Below, in pieces: positions 46,993-57,574 of a stretch of 64,000 nt of DNA. The stretch is from positions 1,216,001 through 1,280,000 of the forward strand of contig CAXXXD010000003.1 in the NCBI GenBank assembly GCA_963663385.2, read 5' to 3'. Origin of the DNA: Oceanispirochaeta sp. GTDB lineage: Bacteria > Spirochaetota > Spirochaetia > DSM-2461. The stretch's first letter is position 1; each line of letters begins with the position of its first letter. Made by a program: the position numbers and the translations under genes. The notes under the pieces are model-generated. The model searched no databases, was not told the DNA's origin, and saw only the letters and a list, made by a program, of their open reading frames with translations.

Positions 46993-48474
46993 CTATTTAT
47001 TTAAGCACTTATTTACAGCGTCTTTCCATCCTTTATACAACGAATAGCTGTCTGTTTCACTCATTATTGGAGTAAAAATCCGATCTTCCTGCCAGATTTT
47101 CTGGATTTCTTCTACTGAATCCCAAAATCCGACAGCCAGACCTGCCATGTATGCGGCTCCCATAGCAGTTGTTTCTATTGATTTGGGACGTATTACGTCG
47201 CTTCTGTTCATATCACTCTGGATTTGCATCAGAATATTACTCCTCGAAGCGCCTCCATCTACCTTGATAGCTGTCAGTTTCATACCGGAATCCTGCTGCA
47301 TAACATCTATTACATCTTTGGAACGGTAGGCAATGGATTCCAGAGCAGCCCGGCAGATATGAGCCTTTGTCGAACCACGTGTTAAACCGGTAATTTCGGC
47401 ACGGGCCTCCATCGCCCAATAGGGGGCTCCCAGCCCCTGAAAAGCTGATACCAGATAAACACCTGCATTGTTGTCAGTTGTCTCTGCCAGTTCATCGCAT
47501 TCCGGCGCAGAACTGATAAGCCCGAGGTTGTCTCTCAGCCACTGGATTGTAGCCCCCCCCATGAAGATACTTCCTTCAAGGGCATAAGCTGTTTTACCGT
47601 TTATCTTCCAGGCAATGGTTGTCAGCAGGCCGTTTTTGGATTCCACAGGTGTATCCCCTGTATTCATCAGGGTAAAACATCCTGTTCCATAGGTATTCTT
47701 GACATCTCCCGAGTTAAGACACATCTGACCGAAAAGGGCAGCCTGCTGATCACCCGCTATTCCGGCAATCGGAATAGCCTCCCCGAATTCTTCCCTGTCT
47801 GTATAACCGTACACCTCACTGCAGGATTTTACTTCCGGCAGCAGGGAAGCAGGGATATCCAGGATATCCAGAAGCTCCCTGTCCCATTCCTGGGTATGAA
47901 TGTTATAGATAAGAGTACGGCTGGCATTGGTTACATCTGTAACATGAACCCGTCCCTTTGTCAGATTCCAGATCAGCCATGTGTCGATTGTTCCAAACAG
48001 AAGTTCCCCGGCTTCTGCTTTTTCCCTTGCACCTTCCACATTATCCAGGATCCACCTGATTTTTGTACCGGCAAAATAAGCGTCCAGGGGCAGTCCGGTT
48101 TTATTTCGGAAAACATTTTCATACCCCTTTTCCTTCAGTTTATAACAGAGTGGAGCAGTCCTTCTGCACTGCCATACGATAGCATTGTAGACAGGACAGC
48201 CTGTCTTCTTATCCCAGAGAACCGTTGTTTCCCTCTGGTTCGTTATACCGATCCCTGCTACGGAATTCAAGAACACACCCTCTTTTTTCAGAACCTCAAG
48301 CATCATATCCTTCTGACAGTTCCATATTTCCATGGCATCATGCTCTACCCACTGTTCCTGCGGATAATGCTGGGTAAATTCCCTCTGTGCCATATTCCTT
48401 ATTGTACCTTCTCTATCAATCAATAACGATCTGGAACTTGTGGTTCCTTGATCTAAAGCCATGATATACTTCAT
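46993..48474 (-). CDS. glpK: Glycerol kinase
   Basis: 'DQGTTSSR', 'GITNQRETT', 'IVWQCRRT', 'GDQQAALFG' and 'KNTYGTG' motifs. Confidence 0.97.
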   Translation of the reverse strand: MKYIMALDQGTTSSRSLLIDREGTIRNMAQREFTQHYPQEQWVEHDAMEIWNCQKDMMLEVLKKEGVFLNSVAGIGITNQRETTVLWDKKTGCPVYNAIVWQCRRTAPLCYKLKEKGYENVFRNKTGLPLDAYFAGTKIRWILDNVEGAREKAEAGELLFGTIDTWLIWNLTKGRVHVTDVTNASRTLIYNIHTQEWDRELLDILDIPASLLPEVKSCSEVYGYTDREEFGEAIPIAGIAGDQQAALFGQMCLNSGDVKNTYGTGCFTLMNTGDTPVESKNGLLTTIAWKINGKTAYALEGSIFMGGATIQWLRDNLGLISSAPECDELAETTDNNAGVYLVSAFQGLGAPYWAMEARAEITGLTRGSTKAHICRAALESIAYRSKDVIDVMQQDSGMKLTAIKVDGGASRSNILMQIQSDMNRSDVIRPKSIETTAMGAAYMAGLAVGFWDSVEEIQKIWQEDRIFTPIMSETDSYSLYKGWKDAVNKCLNK

Positions 48475-48630
48475 TTAAAACCTCTAAAACAATCAAATTA
48501 TAATCAATAAAGATCAAATTCGTAATCTTTAAAATCATTATCAAGCCAAACTCCCATTTTGTCCAATAATTTCGAAGTCAATAAAAAAATAAATCTATCT
48601 TAATTGGAAAATGACCGATATTATATTATT

Positions 48631-50820
48631 ATGGAGCTCATAAAAGTTACCACCGGTTTATTCTGGATTGAAATACCGGAAAAGAATTTCTACCTCATGT
48701 GCGGCTGTCCCATGGACAGTATAAAGCACCTCACTAATAAAGGTATAATAAAACAGCTCCAGAGCAGCACCCATTACAGGGAAAGCGGCCCCAATGCCAT
48801 TCTTCTTTCAGATCTATCTGTACAAAACGGCTATTTCTGTAATCTGGCAGAGTTCCCAATCCTTCATATGATGTATAAGCAGGGGATGGTTATTCCCGGA
48901 CATCCCGGTAACACTGGCCATAAACCCCGGATTATCGGGACGGAAGAGCAGGTAACGGCCCAGAAAAACTATATTTTCCGGGGGAACTACGGTCTGGCGT
49001 CCAAAGAAGAGCTTATGTTTTCCGGCTGTTCCAGTGATCTGGCTGATCAGATGTGGCAGCTCAAACTGAAATTCAACTTCAACACGATTCTTCCTCCCGA
49101 AAAATTAATCGAAACAACAGTTATAGGCGGCAGACCCGTCGAGTTAAAACCAGGGGTCATCCTGGAACGAACAGGCCTGAATCAGTATAAACTGAGCTGT
49201 AATGGCAAATCTGTTAATATCGATTTGAATCTTAAAAAAGAAGAAGTATACGAACCGCCCTACAAATTAAGCTACAAGAAGATCAAAAGAGAAGAATTTT
49301 CCATTATACATGTGGGAGAGGGAAACGGATGGGATAATTCCCGTCCCTGCATGGGCAGTGTCATTACATTTAAAGGGCGATTTTATTTGATAGACGCAGG
49401 CCCGAATATTGAATACTCCCTGAATGCTCTCGGTATAAGTGTCAACGAGATTGAGGGGATATTTCATACCCATATCCATGATGACCACTTCGCAGGTTTA
49501 ACCTATCTGATTATGGCAGATCACAAGATAAAGTACTTTGCGACCCCTGCTGTAATGACGACAGCCAAAAAGAAGCTGTCAGCCCTGATGGGGCAGGATG
49601 AATCCATGTTTGACCAGGTTCTGGATCCTGTTTCCCTGGACTGCGGCAGATGGAATAATCTTGATGGACTGGAAGTGAAGCCCCTTTTCTCTCCTCATCC
49701 AGTCGAAACAACCATCCTGTATTTCCGGGTAAAATACGGACGCTCCTATAAAACATATGCCCATTTGGCGGATGTTATTTCCAGAAGGGTCCTGGAAACT
49801 TTTGTTTCTTCCGAGCCGGGAATAGGTATAACCAGAGAGTGGTATGACAGGATATGGGACGGGTATCTGGAAAAAGCGGATATAAAAAAGATAGATGTAG
49901 GCGGAGGTCTGATACATGGCGCTGCCGCCGACTTTGCCAATGATCCTTCCGAAAGACTGATATTAAGCCATACCGACAGACCGCTGACAGAAGATGAGAA
50001 GAAAATTGGAGAAGGCATTATTTTCGGTACACAGGATGTCCTTATCTCTACAAAAGAAAACTATAACCGGGTACATGCCCGTCAGATTCTGGAAGACTAC
50101 TTCCCTGACATTGGGTCATCCCACCTCAAAGTACTTGTGAACAGCAGTGAAATCAGTTACAGAGCCGGAGACATTTTAGCTTCAAAAGGAGAAATGCTTG
50201 ATTCTGTTTATATCCTTCTATCCGGTAAACTTAATTATTTTTACGGAGAAGATGATTCTTATGCCGAATTAACATCCGGTACAATGATCGGGATAACAAA
50301 CAGCATCTGGGAAAAACCGACTGTAGGAGTATATCAGGCTTCCACCAATATCGAAACACTAAGAATCCCGATAAAGTTAATGAGGGATTTTCTGATTAAA
50401 AATAATCTGGCGGAAAGCCTGAGAGACAGGAATCAGATAGCCATGAATCTGAGGCGTTCCTATCTTTTCGGTTCCCGTATATCAAGCAGAAAGCTGGTTA
50501 AATTATCACAAAGGGCCGGTATCATTCATCTGCTTCCCGGCGATTGTATCCCCCGGGGATGGTCCAGGGATTTATACCTGATCAATAAAGGATCTATTGA
50601 TATACTTCATAAAGGAAAAGTCCTGAGAAAAATAAATCGGGGTGAATCCTGGGGGGGATATCCGGTTTATCCTATATGGAAAAAGCTGAAAATAGAGGCT
50701 CATGTCACTTCAGAATCACCCGTTGAACTTTACCGCTTCTCCTATGACCTTTTAAAAGAAATCCCGACTGTACAATGGAAGCTTTATCAACTCTGGTCCT
50801 GTTGGGATGCCGCTTATTAA
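48631..50820 (+). CDS. MBL-fold hydrolase with C-terminal cyclic-nucleotide-binding domain(s)
   Basis: 'HTHIHDDH' MBL motif and 'SPHPVET'; cNMP-like 'KGEMLDSVYILLSG...G.MIG' plus a second, degenerate repeat. Confidence 0.8.
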   Translation: MELIKVTTGLFWIEIPEKNFYLMCGCPMDSIKHLTNKGIIKQLQSSTHYRESGPNAILLSDLSVQNGYFCNLAEFPILHMMYKQGMVIPGHPGNTGHKPRIIGTEEQVTAQKNYIFRGNYGLASKEELMFSGCSSDLADQMWQLKLKFNFNTILPPEKLIETTVIGGRPVELKPGVILERTGLNQYKLSCNGKSVNIDLNLKKEEVYEPPYKLSYKKIKREEFSIIHVGEGNGWDNSRPCMGSVITFKGRFYLIDAGPNIEYSLNALGISVNEIEGIFHTHIHDDHFAGLTYLIMADHKIKYFATPAVMTTAKKKLSALMGQDESMFDQVLDPVSLDCGRWNNLDGLEVKPLFSPHPVETTILYFRVKYGRSYKTYAHLADVISRRVLETFVSSEPGIGITREWYDRIWDGYLEKADIKKIDVGGGLIHGAAADFANDPSERLILSHTDRPLTEDEKKIGEGIIFGTQDVLISTKENYNRVHARQILEDYFPDIGSSHLKVLVNSSEISYRAGDILASKGEMLDSVYILLSGKLNYFYGEDDSYAELTSGTMIGITNSIWEKPTVGVYQASTNIETLRIPIKLMRDFLIKNNLAESLRDRNQIAMNLRRSYLFGSRISSRKLVKLSQRAGIIHLLPGDCIPRGWSRDLYLINKGSIDILHKGKVLRKINRGESWGGYPVYPIWKKLKIEAHVTSESPVELYRFSYDLLKEIPTVQWKLYQLWSCWDAAY

Positions 50821-50865
50821 CAGAACATCTGGAATTTTTTATTAAAATACAATAAAGTCCTCCTT

Positions 50866-52164
50866 ATGAGTAATTCAAACCATTATGATACTGTTATAAT
50901 TGGAACCGGTCCCGCCGGATTTGGAGCCGCATTTCATCTGATTGAGAAAAAACCCGATAGTAAAATCCTGATGCTGGAAAAAGAGAGTTTTTCAACAGGC
51001 GGTTTGCGTAACGACTGTAAAATGAACTTTACATATCCCATCGGATTCCCTCTGGACAACTGGTCTCAGGATGAGGCCGATCACTATCTCGAAATGGTCG
51101 AAGCCATTTTGAAACCGGATCTTATGTCCAAAAAGAATCTGAGGATCTATGAAGAAAGAGCTAAAACCCTGGGAGTAAATCTTCTGAACATTCGTCAGTC
51201 CCATCTCGGTACAGATGGGGGACTTCAGCTGATAAAGGATCTCTGTGCGCAGCTTGAAAAGCTGAATGTTACAATCAAACTGGGTATTGAGGCACAGGAT
51301 ATTTCTACTGATAGGAATACTGTCGTAACAACTGAGGGTGATTTTATCTATGATCATCTGATCGTTGCTCCCGGCCGTCACGGATTCCAGTTCCTTCAGA
51401 AAATGATGAACTCTCTTGGTATCTATTTTATCGATAATGTGGTTGATATCGGTATCCGTGTCGAAACCAGAATGGATCATTATCCTATTGTAAAAGATTA
51501 TTATGATCCAAAATTCCATTTCCCCGGAAAGGTAAGAACTTTCTGTACAAACAGCGGCAGTGCTTATGTGGTTCAGGAGAAGTACCATTCACAGGGGGGA
51601 CAGACTTTTTATAGTGTAAACGGTCATGCATGGTCAAAGGAAAAGAAAAGGCAGAATGATCTGGTGAATTTCGCCATGCTGAAAACGATACGTTTAACTG
51701 AACCACTTGCAAGCGGACACCGTTTCGGAGAAATACTGGGCCTGCAGGCTGCTTTATTAGGCGGAAATAAACCAATTATGCAGCGGGTAGGTGATTTTCG
51801 TCTCTCAAAAAGATCAAAACAGGATTCTTTTAATCACGATCTTTATGATTTTGAGCCAACCCTTAAAAACTGTACACCCGGTGATATTTCCCTGGCAATG
51901 CCTTCGAAAATTCTCAGAGCTATCTGGAAATCAATGAAACAGCTGGACACAATAATACCCGGTGTCCTGCATCCAAGTACAATTATGTACTATCCCGAAA
52001 TCAAAATGTATGCCAATAAACCCACTTTTCTAGACAGATATTTCCGGGTTCACGATAATATTTATATGATCGGTGACGGAGCTGGAACCAGTCGTGGAAT
52101 AACCGGCGCATGGGCAAGCGGAATCCGATCTGCCGAAGGAATATTAAGAAATTATGGAAAATAA
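50866..52164 (+). CDS. FAD-dependent oxidoreductase
   Basis: 'IIGTGPAG', 'DIGIRVE', 'VRTFCTN', 'SVNGHA' and 'IGDGAGTSRGI' motifs. Confidence 0.85.
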   Translation: MSNSNHYDTVIIGTGPAGFGAAFHLIEKKPDSKILMLEKESFSTGGLRNDCKMNFTYPIGFPLDNWSQDEADHYLEMVEAILKPDLMSKKNLRIYEERAKTLGVNLLNIRQSHLGTDGGLQLIKDLCAQLEKLNVTIKLGIEAQDISTDRNTVVTTEGDFIYDHLIVAPGRHGFQFLQKMMNSLGIYFIDNVVDIGIRVETRMDHYPIVKDYYDPKFHFPGKVRTFCTNSGSAYVVQEKYHSQGGQTFYSVNGHAWSKEKKRQNDLVNFAMLKTIRLTEPLASGHRFGEILGLQAALLGGNKPIMQRVGDFRLSKRSKQDSFNHDLYDFEPTLKNCTPGDISLAMPSKILRAIWKSMKQLDTIIPGVLHPSTIMYYPEIKMYANKPTFLDRYFRVHDNIYMIGDGAGTSRGITGAWASGIRSAEGILRNYGK

Positions 52165-53722
52165 AAGACTGACATTTGCCATTATCAGCCATCCTGATGC
52201 CGGGAAAACAACAATAACAGAAAAACTTCTCCTCTTTGGAGGAGCAATTCATGCGGCCGGTGCCGTCAAGTCGGGTAAAAATACAAAAAAAACAGTTTCC
52301 GACTTTATGGAGATTGAAAAGGACAGGGGTATCTCTATCTCTACTTCTGTAATGGGTTTCGACTACAGGGGTAGAAAAGTGAATATCCTGGACACTCCGG
52401 GACATGCCGATTTCTCGGAGGATACCTATCGGACACTTACAGCGGTAGACAGCACCCTTATGGTTATCGACTCGGTTAAAGGTGTAGAGGAACGAACCAG
52501 AAAGCTCTGTGAAATCTGCCGTATGCGAAAAACACCCATTATTACTTTTATCAATAAGTTTGATCGGGAAGGTAAAGATCCCATGGAACTTCTGGATGAA
52601 GTAGAAGAGGAACTGAAAGTAACAGTATGCCCCATGAGCTGGCCTGTCGGACAGGGACAGAATCTCAAAGGGGTATACAGTCTGTTTGAAAAAAGGCTGA
52701 TACTGTTTAATGCTCATGAGATTCAGGAAGCGGAAAACTCTATTGTTATAAATGACCTGAACAGTGATGACCTGGATAAGTGTATTGGTGAATCAAACGC
52801 AGAGAAACTGCGGGAGGATCTGGAACTGATCACTGAAATCTATCCTGAATATGATGAGGATCTATATCTGTCCGGAGAGTTGACTCCTGTATTCTTCGGG
52901 AGTGCTATTAATAACTTTGGTGTACGGGAACTTCTTGACTGTTTCGTTGATGTTGCGCCCGGTCCCGGGGCATTTGAAGCTGAGTCGAGAATGGTGGAAG
53001 CGGAAGAAAAGAAATTCACAGGATTTATCTTTAAGATTCATGCCAATCTGGATCCCAGGCATAGAGACAGGATCGCTTTTATGCGGGTCGTTTCTGGAGA
53101 GTTTGAGAAAAATAAAATTTACAACCATGTCAGAACAGGAAAGGGTTTCAAAACATCCAACCCCACAGCCTTTATGGCGCAAAACCGCAATATCATTGAT
53201 ACTGCCATTCCCGGTGATATCATAGGTCTTCATGACACGGGGACTTTTAAAATCGGAGACACCCTGAGCGAAGGGGAAGCTATTCAGTTCAAAGGGATTC
53301 CAAACTTTGCTCCCCAGATATTTAAAACCGTTGTGAATAAGGATCCTCTTAAGGATAAACAGTTTAACAAAGGACTGGAACAATTGGCAGAGGAGGGTGT
53401 CGTTCAAATTTTCACAAAGCTTTCTACCAAACAGAAACTGATAGGTGTTGTAGGTGCTCTTCAGCTTGAAGTAATACAACACAGGATGGAAAACGAGTAT
53501 AAGGCTACTTGCAGATTCGAACCGGTTGATTTTCAGACAGCCTGCTGGATTGATGCGGATGAACGGAAAGTCCTGGATAAATTCTGTGCAGACAACCAGA
53601 GTAAAATAGCAAAGGATGTGAGGGGACAGCTTATCTACCTGGCTCCCAGTCGCTGGATGCTGGACAGAACTGTAGAAGAATACAAGGGGTTAAAATACTA
53701 CTTCACATCCGATTTGAAATAA
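52154..53722 (+). CDS. prfC: Peptide chain release factor 3
   Basis: 'AIISHPDAGKTT', 'DTPGHADFSEDTYR' and 'FKIHANLDPRHRDR' motifs. Confidence 0.97.
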   Translation: MENKRLTFAIISHPDAGKTTITEKLLLFGGAIHAAGAVKSGKNTKKTVSDFMEIEKDRGISISTSVMGFDYRGRKVNILDTPGHADFSEDTYRTLTAVDSTLMVIDSVKGVEERTRKLCEICRMRKTPIITFINKFDREGKDPMELLDEVEEELKVTVCPMSWPVGQGQNLKGVYSLFEKRLILFNAHEIQEAENSIVINDLNSDDLDKCIGESNAEKLREDLELITEIYPEYDEDLYLSGELTPVFFGSAINNFGVRELLDCFVDVAPGPGAFEAESRMVEAEEKKFTGFIFKIHANLDPRHRDRIAFMRVVSGEFEKNKIYNHVRTGKGFKTSNPTAFMAQNRNIIDTAIPGDIIGLHDTGTFKIGDTLSEGEAIQFKGIPNFAPQIFKTVVNKDPLKDKQFNKGLEQLAEEGVVQIFTKLSTKQKLIGVVGALQLEVIQHRMENEYKATCRFEPVDFQTACWIDADERKVLDKFCADNQSKIAKDVRGQLIYLAPSRWMLDRTVEEYKGLKYYFTSDLK

Positions 53723-53794
53723 ACAAAACCTTTTTTGTAACACAGTTACGACTCTGTAGTTTAACTAATAGCAAACTTGAGGAATGACACTGAA

Positions 53795-54757
53795 ATGAAT
53801 ACGGAAATGATTGAAGAATCACAGGCAAAAACCAGTTCTGTACTGGAGAATATAAAATCGGAAATTTCAAAAGTTATAGTTGGACAGGATAGGATCATTG
53901 AAAGGCTGCTTTTAGGACTGATCTGTAATCAGCATATTCTTCTGGAAGGGGTGCCCGGGCTTGCCAAGACCCTTCTGGTCTCCACACTTTCCAAAGTGAT
54001 TCAGGCCGACTCGGGCAGGATCCAGTTTACTCCGGATCTTCTTCCGGCGGATTTGACGGGAACCCTGATTTATAATCCTTCAGAAAGCAGCTTCTATTCA
54101 CGGAAAGGACCGGTTTTTACAAACATCCTTTTAGCGGATGAAATAAACAGAGCTCCGGCCAAAGTTCAGAGTGCTCTGCTTGAAGCCATGCAGGAGAGGC
54201 AGGTAACAATAGGGGATGAATCCTTCCCTCTGGATGATCTATTTATGGTACTGGCCACACAGAACCCGGTAGAGCAGGAGGGTACCTATCCTCTTCCCGA
54301 AGCACAGGTAGACCGTTTTATGATGAAACTTCTTGTCAGTTATCCCGAGAAGGACGAGGAATTGCAGATTATCCGCTCCCACAGCCGAAAATCAAAAGTT
54401 CCGGAAGTAACAGCGGTCTGCCAGGCTGCGGATATACTGAAACTGAGAAGAGAAGCGGAAGATGTTTTCATTGATGCCAGGATCGAGGAGTATATTGTTG
54501 ATATTATTCAGGAGAGTAGAAAAGAGAATGAGTACATACAGTTCGGGGCGTCTCCCCGGGCTTCCATCTTTCTTTGTCAGGCAGCCAGAGGACTGGCTCT
54601 TCTCAGAGGGCGGAACTATGTCAAACCTCAGGATATCAGAGAGATCGCCCCGGATATTCTGAGACACAGGATAATTATTTCATATGAGGCCGAGGCAGAA
54701 GGGATTACACCGGATGACCTGATCCAGAGGATATTATCTAACGTATCTGCTCTATAA
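53795..54757 (+). CDS. MoxR-family AAA+ ATPase
   Basis: 'EGVPGLAKT', 'RIQFTPDLLPAD', 'DEINRA' and 'TQNPVEQEGTYPLPEAQ' motifs; start 53795 or 53777. Confidence 0.95.
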   Translation: MNTEMIEESQAKTSSVLENIKSEISKVIVGQDRIIERLLLGLICNQHILLEGVPGLAKTLLVSTLSKVIQADSGRIQFTPDLLPADLTGTLIYNPSESSFYSRKGPVFTNILLADEINRAPAKVQSALLEAMQERQVTIGDESFPLDDLFMVLATQNPVEQEGTYPLPEAQVDRFMMKLLVSYPEKDEELQIIRSHSRKSKVPEVTAVCQAADILKLRREAEDVFIDARIEEYIVDIIQESRKENEYIQFGASPRASIFLCQAARGLALLRGRNYVKPQDIREIAPDILRHRIIISYEAEAEGITPDDLIQRILSNVSAL

Positions 54758-54763
54758 CGCAAC

Positions 54764-55639
54764 ATGATTGATAAAGAACTCAGAAAAAAAATGGAACAGA
54801 TCCGGGTTATAACCCGGAAGAAAATTACCGCTTCTTTTGCCGGTGACTACCAGAGCGCCTTTAAAGGCCGGGGGATGGAGTTTGAGGAAGTTCGTCCCTA
54901 TCAGCCGGGGGATGAAATCCGCTTTATAGACTGGAACGTTACGGCCCGTTCAGGAGAACCCTGGATAAAGGTATTCCGGGAGGAACGGGAGCTGACCATG
55001 TTCCTTATGGTGGATCTGTCTCCGTCCGGACAGTTCTCTTCGGGCAGTAAGTCAAAAAATGAAATGGCGGCCGAGTTATGCGCCATGCTTGCCTATACGG
55101 CCATCAGCAATAATGACCGGGTAGGGCTTAGTATTTTTACAGACAGCGTTGAAAAAGTTATTCATCCCGGAAAAGGGAATCGCCATGTTCTCCACCTTAT
55201 CCGGGAAGTGCTGACACATAAACCGTCAGGTTCGGGTACATCAATAAAGACGGCTTTGGATTATAGTGCCTCCATATTGAAGAAAAGAGCCATTATCATA
55301 CTTGTATCGGACTTTCTGGACACCGGTTATGAGGATGCCCTTGCCTATATGGGAGAGAAACATGACCTGGTTTGTATCCAGCTTCAGGACAGAAGAGAAA
55401 TAGATCCTCCCGGCAGGGGGATATTTCTCTTGCGGGATGCAGAGAGCGGGAAGAAAAACTATGTGGATTTCAATGATAAAATAACTCGCCAAAACTGGAT
55501 AACCCAAATGAGGAAACGACAGTGCGAACTGGAAAAGACCATGAGGCGGAAGCAGGCGGATCTTATAACTCTCAAACCGGATGATGACTGGGTAAAATCC
55601 CTGACAAAATTCTTTATCGACAGAGGAAACAGAATATGA
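54764..55639 (+). CDS. DUF58 protein (VWA-like)
   Basis: 'FKGRGMEFEEVRPYQPGDEIRFIDWNVTAR' and 'REERE' motifs. Confidence 0.93.
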   Translation: MIDKELRKKMEQIRVITRKKITASFAGDYQSAFKGRGMEFEEVRPYQPGDEIRFIDWNVTARSGEPWIKVFREERELTMFLMVDLSPSGQFSSGSKSKNEMAAELCAMLAYTAISNNDRVGLSIFTDSVEKVIHPGKGNRHVLHLIREVLTHKPSGSGTSIKTALDYSASILKKRAIIILVSDFLDTGYEDALAYMGEKHDLVCIQLQDRREIDPPGRGIFLLRDAESGKKNYVDFNDKITRQNWITQMRKRQCELEKTMRRKQADLITLKPDDDWVKSLTKFFIDRGNRI

Positions 55640-56583
55640 AAAGAATCGGAATCCTCTGTTTTGTTCTGTTATGTTCCTGTTCAGTAACTCAGAATAGAAA
55701 GACTGTTTCCTCCTCCGCTCTTATCCATAATACCATTGAGAATGAATACGGATCTTTTGATTTGGCCTATGCATCAGATACATATAATTTCATTGATGAA
55801 ATAGAGATTACCCTGAACCTTTCGGAAGGTATATTTCTTCCGGAAAACCTTCCGGAAGAAGGGACTGAATGGGGGGATTTTCTTGTTAGAAAGAAAATAG
55901 TTCATTCACATGAATCCTGCAGCTGGATACTGCTTCCGGAAAAGATAGGGCAGGCGGAGTTGACACCACTCTCTCTTCTGCTTACAACCAGAGAGAATGA
56001 GCCTGTATCTGTAAGTTTTTCTCCTATTCAACTGAATATAAAATCCGTATTAAAGGATGACTCAGGAGAACTGGAGGATTTGATCGTTCCTGAAATGGCA
56101 GATTCTGCAGACAGTTCTGTCTGGATTCCGGTTCTGGCCGCGTCCCTCATGGGTATACTTCTGATAATCGGGTATTTCTTCTACCTGAGGGAGAAAAAGA
56201 GAAAAAGAGATCCTGAGGAGCCATTCAGCCGGGATATCCTTGAATCATGCTCTGACCTGATAAACCTCCGGGATTTCAATGAAAAGGAAATAAAAGACCA
56301 GTATCGTCAGGTTTATTACTTTTTGGCAGAATTCCTGCATGCCCTATGCCCGTCAATACCAAAGGGGCTGGATCCCAGTGCTCTGATCATTGAACTGGAA
56401 CGGCCGTCCAGTTTAAATCAATGGGCCCTGAGAACCCTCTATCCTGTATTGAAGGAGATGGAAGAGATATTTTTTAATCCCGGAGTTCTCATGCCTTCAG
56501 GAACTATTAAAAAAGGTCATTTTAATACCATTCTGGAGTGTATGGTTTTTCTTGAAAAAGAGGAGGGAAAGCCGGATGTATAA
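55636..56583 (+). CDS. Bat-operon membrane protein (BatD-like Ig domain + TM)
   Basis: Signal peptide with lipobox-like 'LLCSC'; TM near residues 163-184; lies between DUF58 and batA. Confidence 0.65.
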   Translation: MKRIGILCFVLLCSCSVTQNRKTVSSSALIHNTIENEYGSFDLAYASDTYNFIDEIEITLNLSEGIFLPENLPEEGTEWGDFLVRKKIVHSHESCSWILLPEKIGQAELTPLSLLLTTRENEPVSVSFSPIQLNIKSVLKDDSGELEDLIVPEMADSADSSVWIPVLAASLMGILLIIGYFFYLREKKRKRDPEEPFSRDILESCSDLINLRDFNEKEIKDQYRQVYYFLAEFLHALCPSIPKGLDPSALIIELERPSSLNQWALRTLYPVLKEMEEIFFNPGVLMPSGTIKKGHFNTILECMVFLEKEEGKPDV

Positions 56584-57574
56584 ACTTGATCAACCCCTTT
56601 TCCTGCTGTTTTTTATTCTTCTTATCCCGGGTATTTACCTGTGGAAAAGAAAGAAGCCTCAGGGGATACTTTTTACCTCATTTATTTCCGGAGCATTTTT
56701 AAAAACCTGGAGAATCAGACTCCTTTTCCTTCCCGGTTTGTTTTATATTCTGGCCGTTCTGGGCTTTATCCTGGCTCTTTGCAGACCTGTCTACCAGCAG
56801 GGTGATACCAGGGATATAAAAGAGGGTATTGTCATGGAGGTTATACTGGACCGAAGCGGCAGTATGGGAACATGGATGGACAAGGAATTGACCACCAACC
56901 GTCTGGATATTGTAAAAAAGACCTTTCTGGAATTTCTGGAAGAGAGAGAGGACGATATTATTGGATTAACCATTTTTGCCGGGTACGCAGACACCCTGAG
57001 CCCTCTAACAGTTTCTCATGGCGTTTTCCCCCAGTTCATAGATTCAATTTCCCTGGCTGAAAAAGAGGCGGACGGCACAGCCATCGGAGATGCTATTGCA
57101 CTGGGAATCGCCAGAATAGAGTCCTTTAGAAAAGGGCTGGAAAAAAAGAGTGATGCTGTAATAATTCTTCTTACGGATGGACAGAATAACAGAGGTGAAT
57201 TGAAACCAATGGAAGCTGCCGAAATGGCGGCAGCCAGGAATATCACTATCTATACAATCGGCTTCGGTGGCGGTTACTACCGGAATGCCTTTGGTTTTCT
57301 GCAGGAGATTCCTCCTGAATACGAAGTTGATGGGAAAACACTGACTGAAGTGGCCGAAAAGACAGGCGGTATGTACTTTAATGCGGAGGACGAATCCTCG
57401 CTTCGAAAAATTTACAGTAAAATCGACCGTATGGAGCAGACTGAAATCGAAAATATTACTTTTACCAGAAAAGATGAGTTATTTCAGTTTGTTCTTCTGA
57501 TATCCCTTGCTTTTCTGTTTGCAGGTATTCTTTTGAATGAACTGCTGATACCTGCTGTGGAGCACGACCTGTGA
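56576..57574 (+). CDS. batA: VWA-domain protein BatA
   Basis: TM segments; MIDAS 'DRSGSM', 'GTAIGDAI' and 'ILLTDGQNN' motifs; ATG at 56576. Confidence 0.88.
   Translation: MYKLDQPLFLLFFILLIPGIYLWKRKKPQGILFTSFISGAFLKTWRIRLLFLPGLFYILAVLGFILALCRPVYQQGDTRDIKEGIVMEVILDRSGSMGTWMDKELTTNRLDIVKKTFLEFLEEREDDIIGLTIFAGYADTLSPLTVSHGVFPQFIDSISLAEKEADGTAIGDAIALGIARIESFRKGLEKKSDAVIILLTDGQNNRGELKPMEAAEMAAARNITIYTIGFGGGYYRNAFGFLQEIPPEYEVDGKTLTEVAEKTGGMYFNAEDESSLRKIYSKIDRMEQTEIENITFTRKDELFQFVLLISLAFLFAGILLNELLIPAVEHDL

Noticed and set aside
48595..48621. ACCGATAT as a sigma-28 -10 box before the MBL-cNMP gene
   Set aside because: No TAAA-like -35 box at 15-16 nt spacing.
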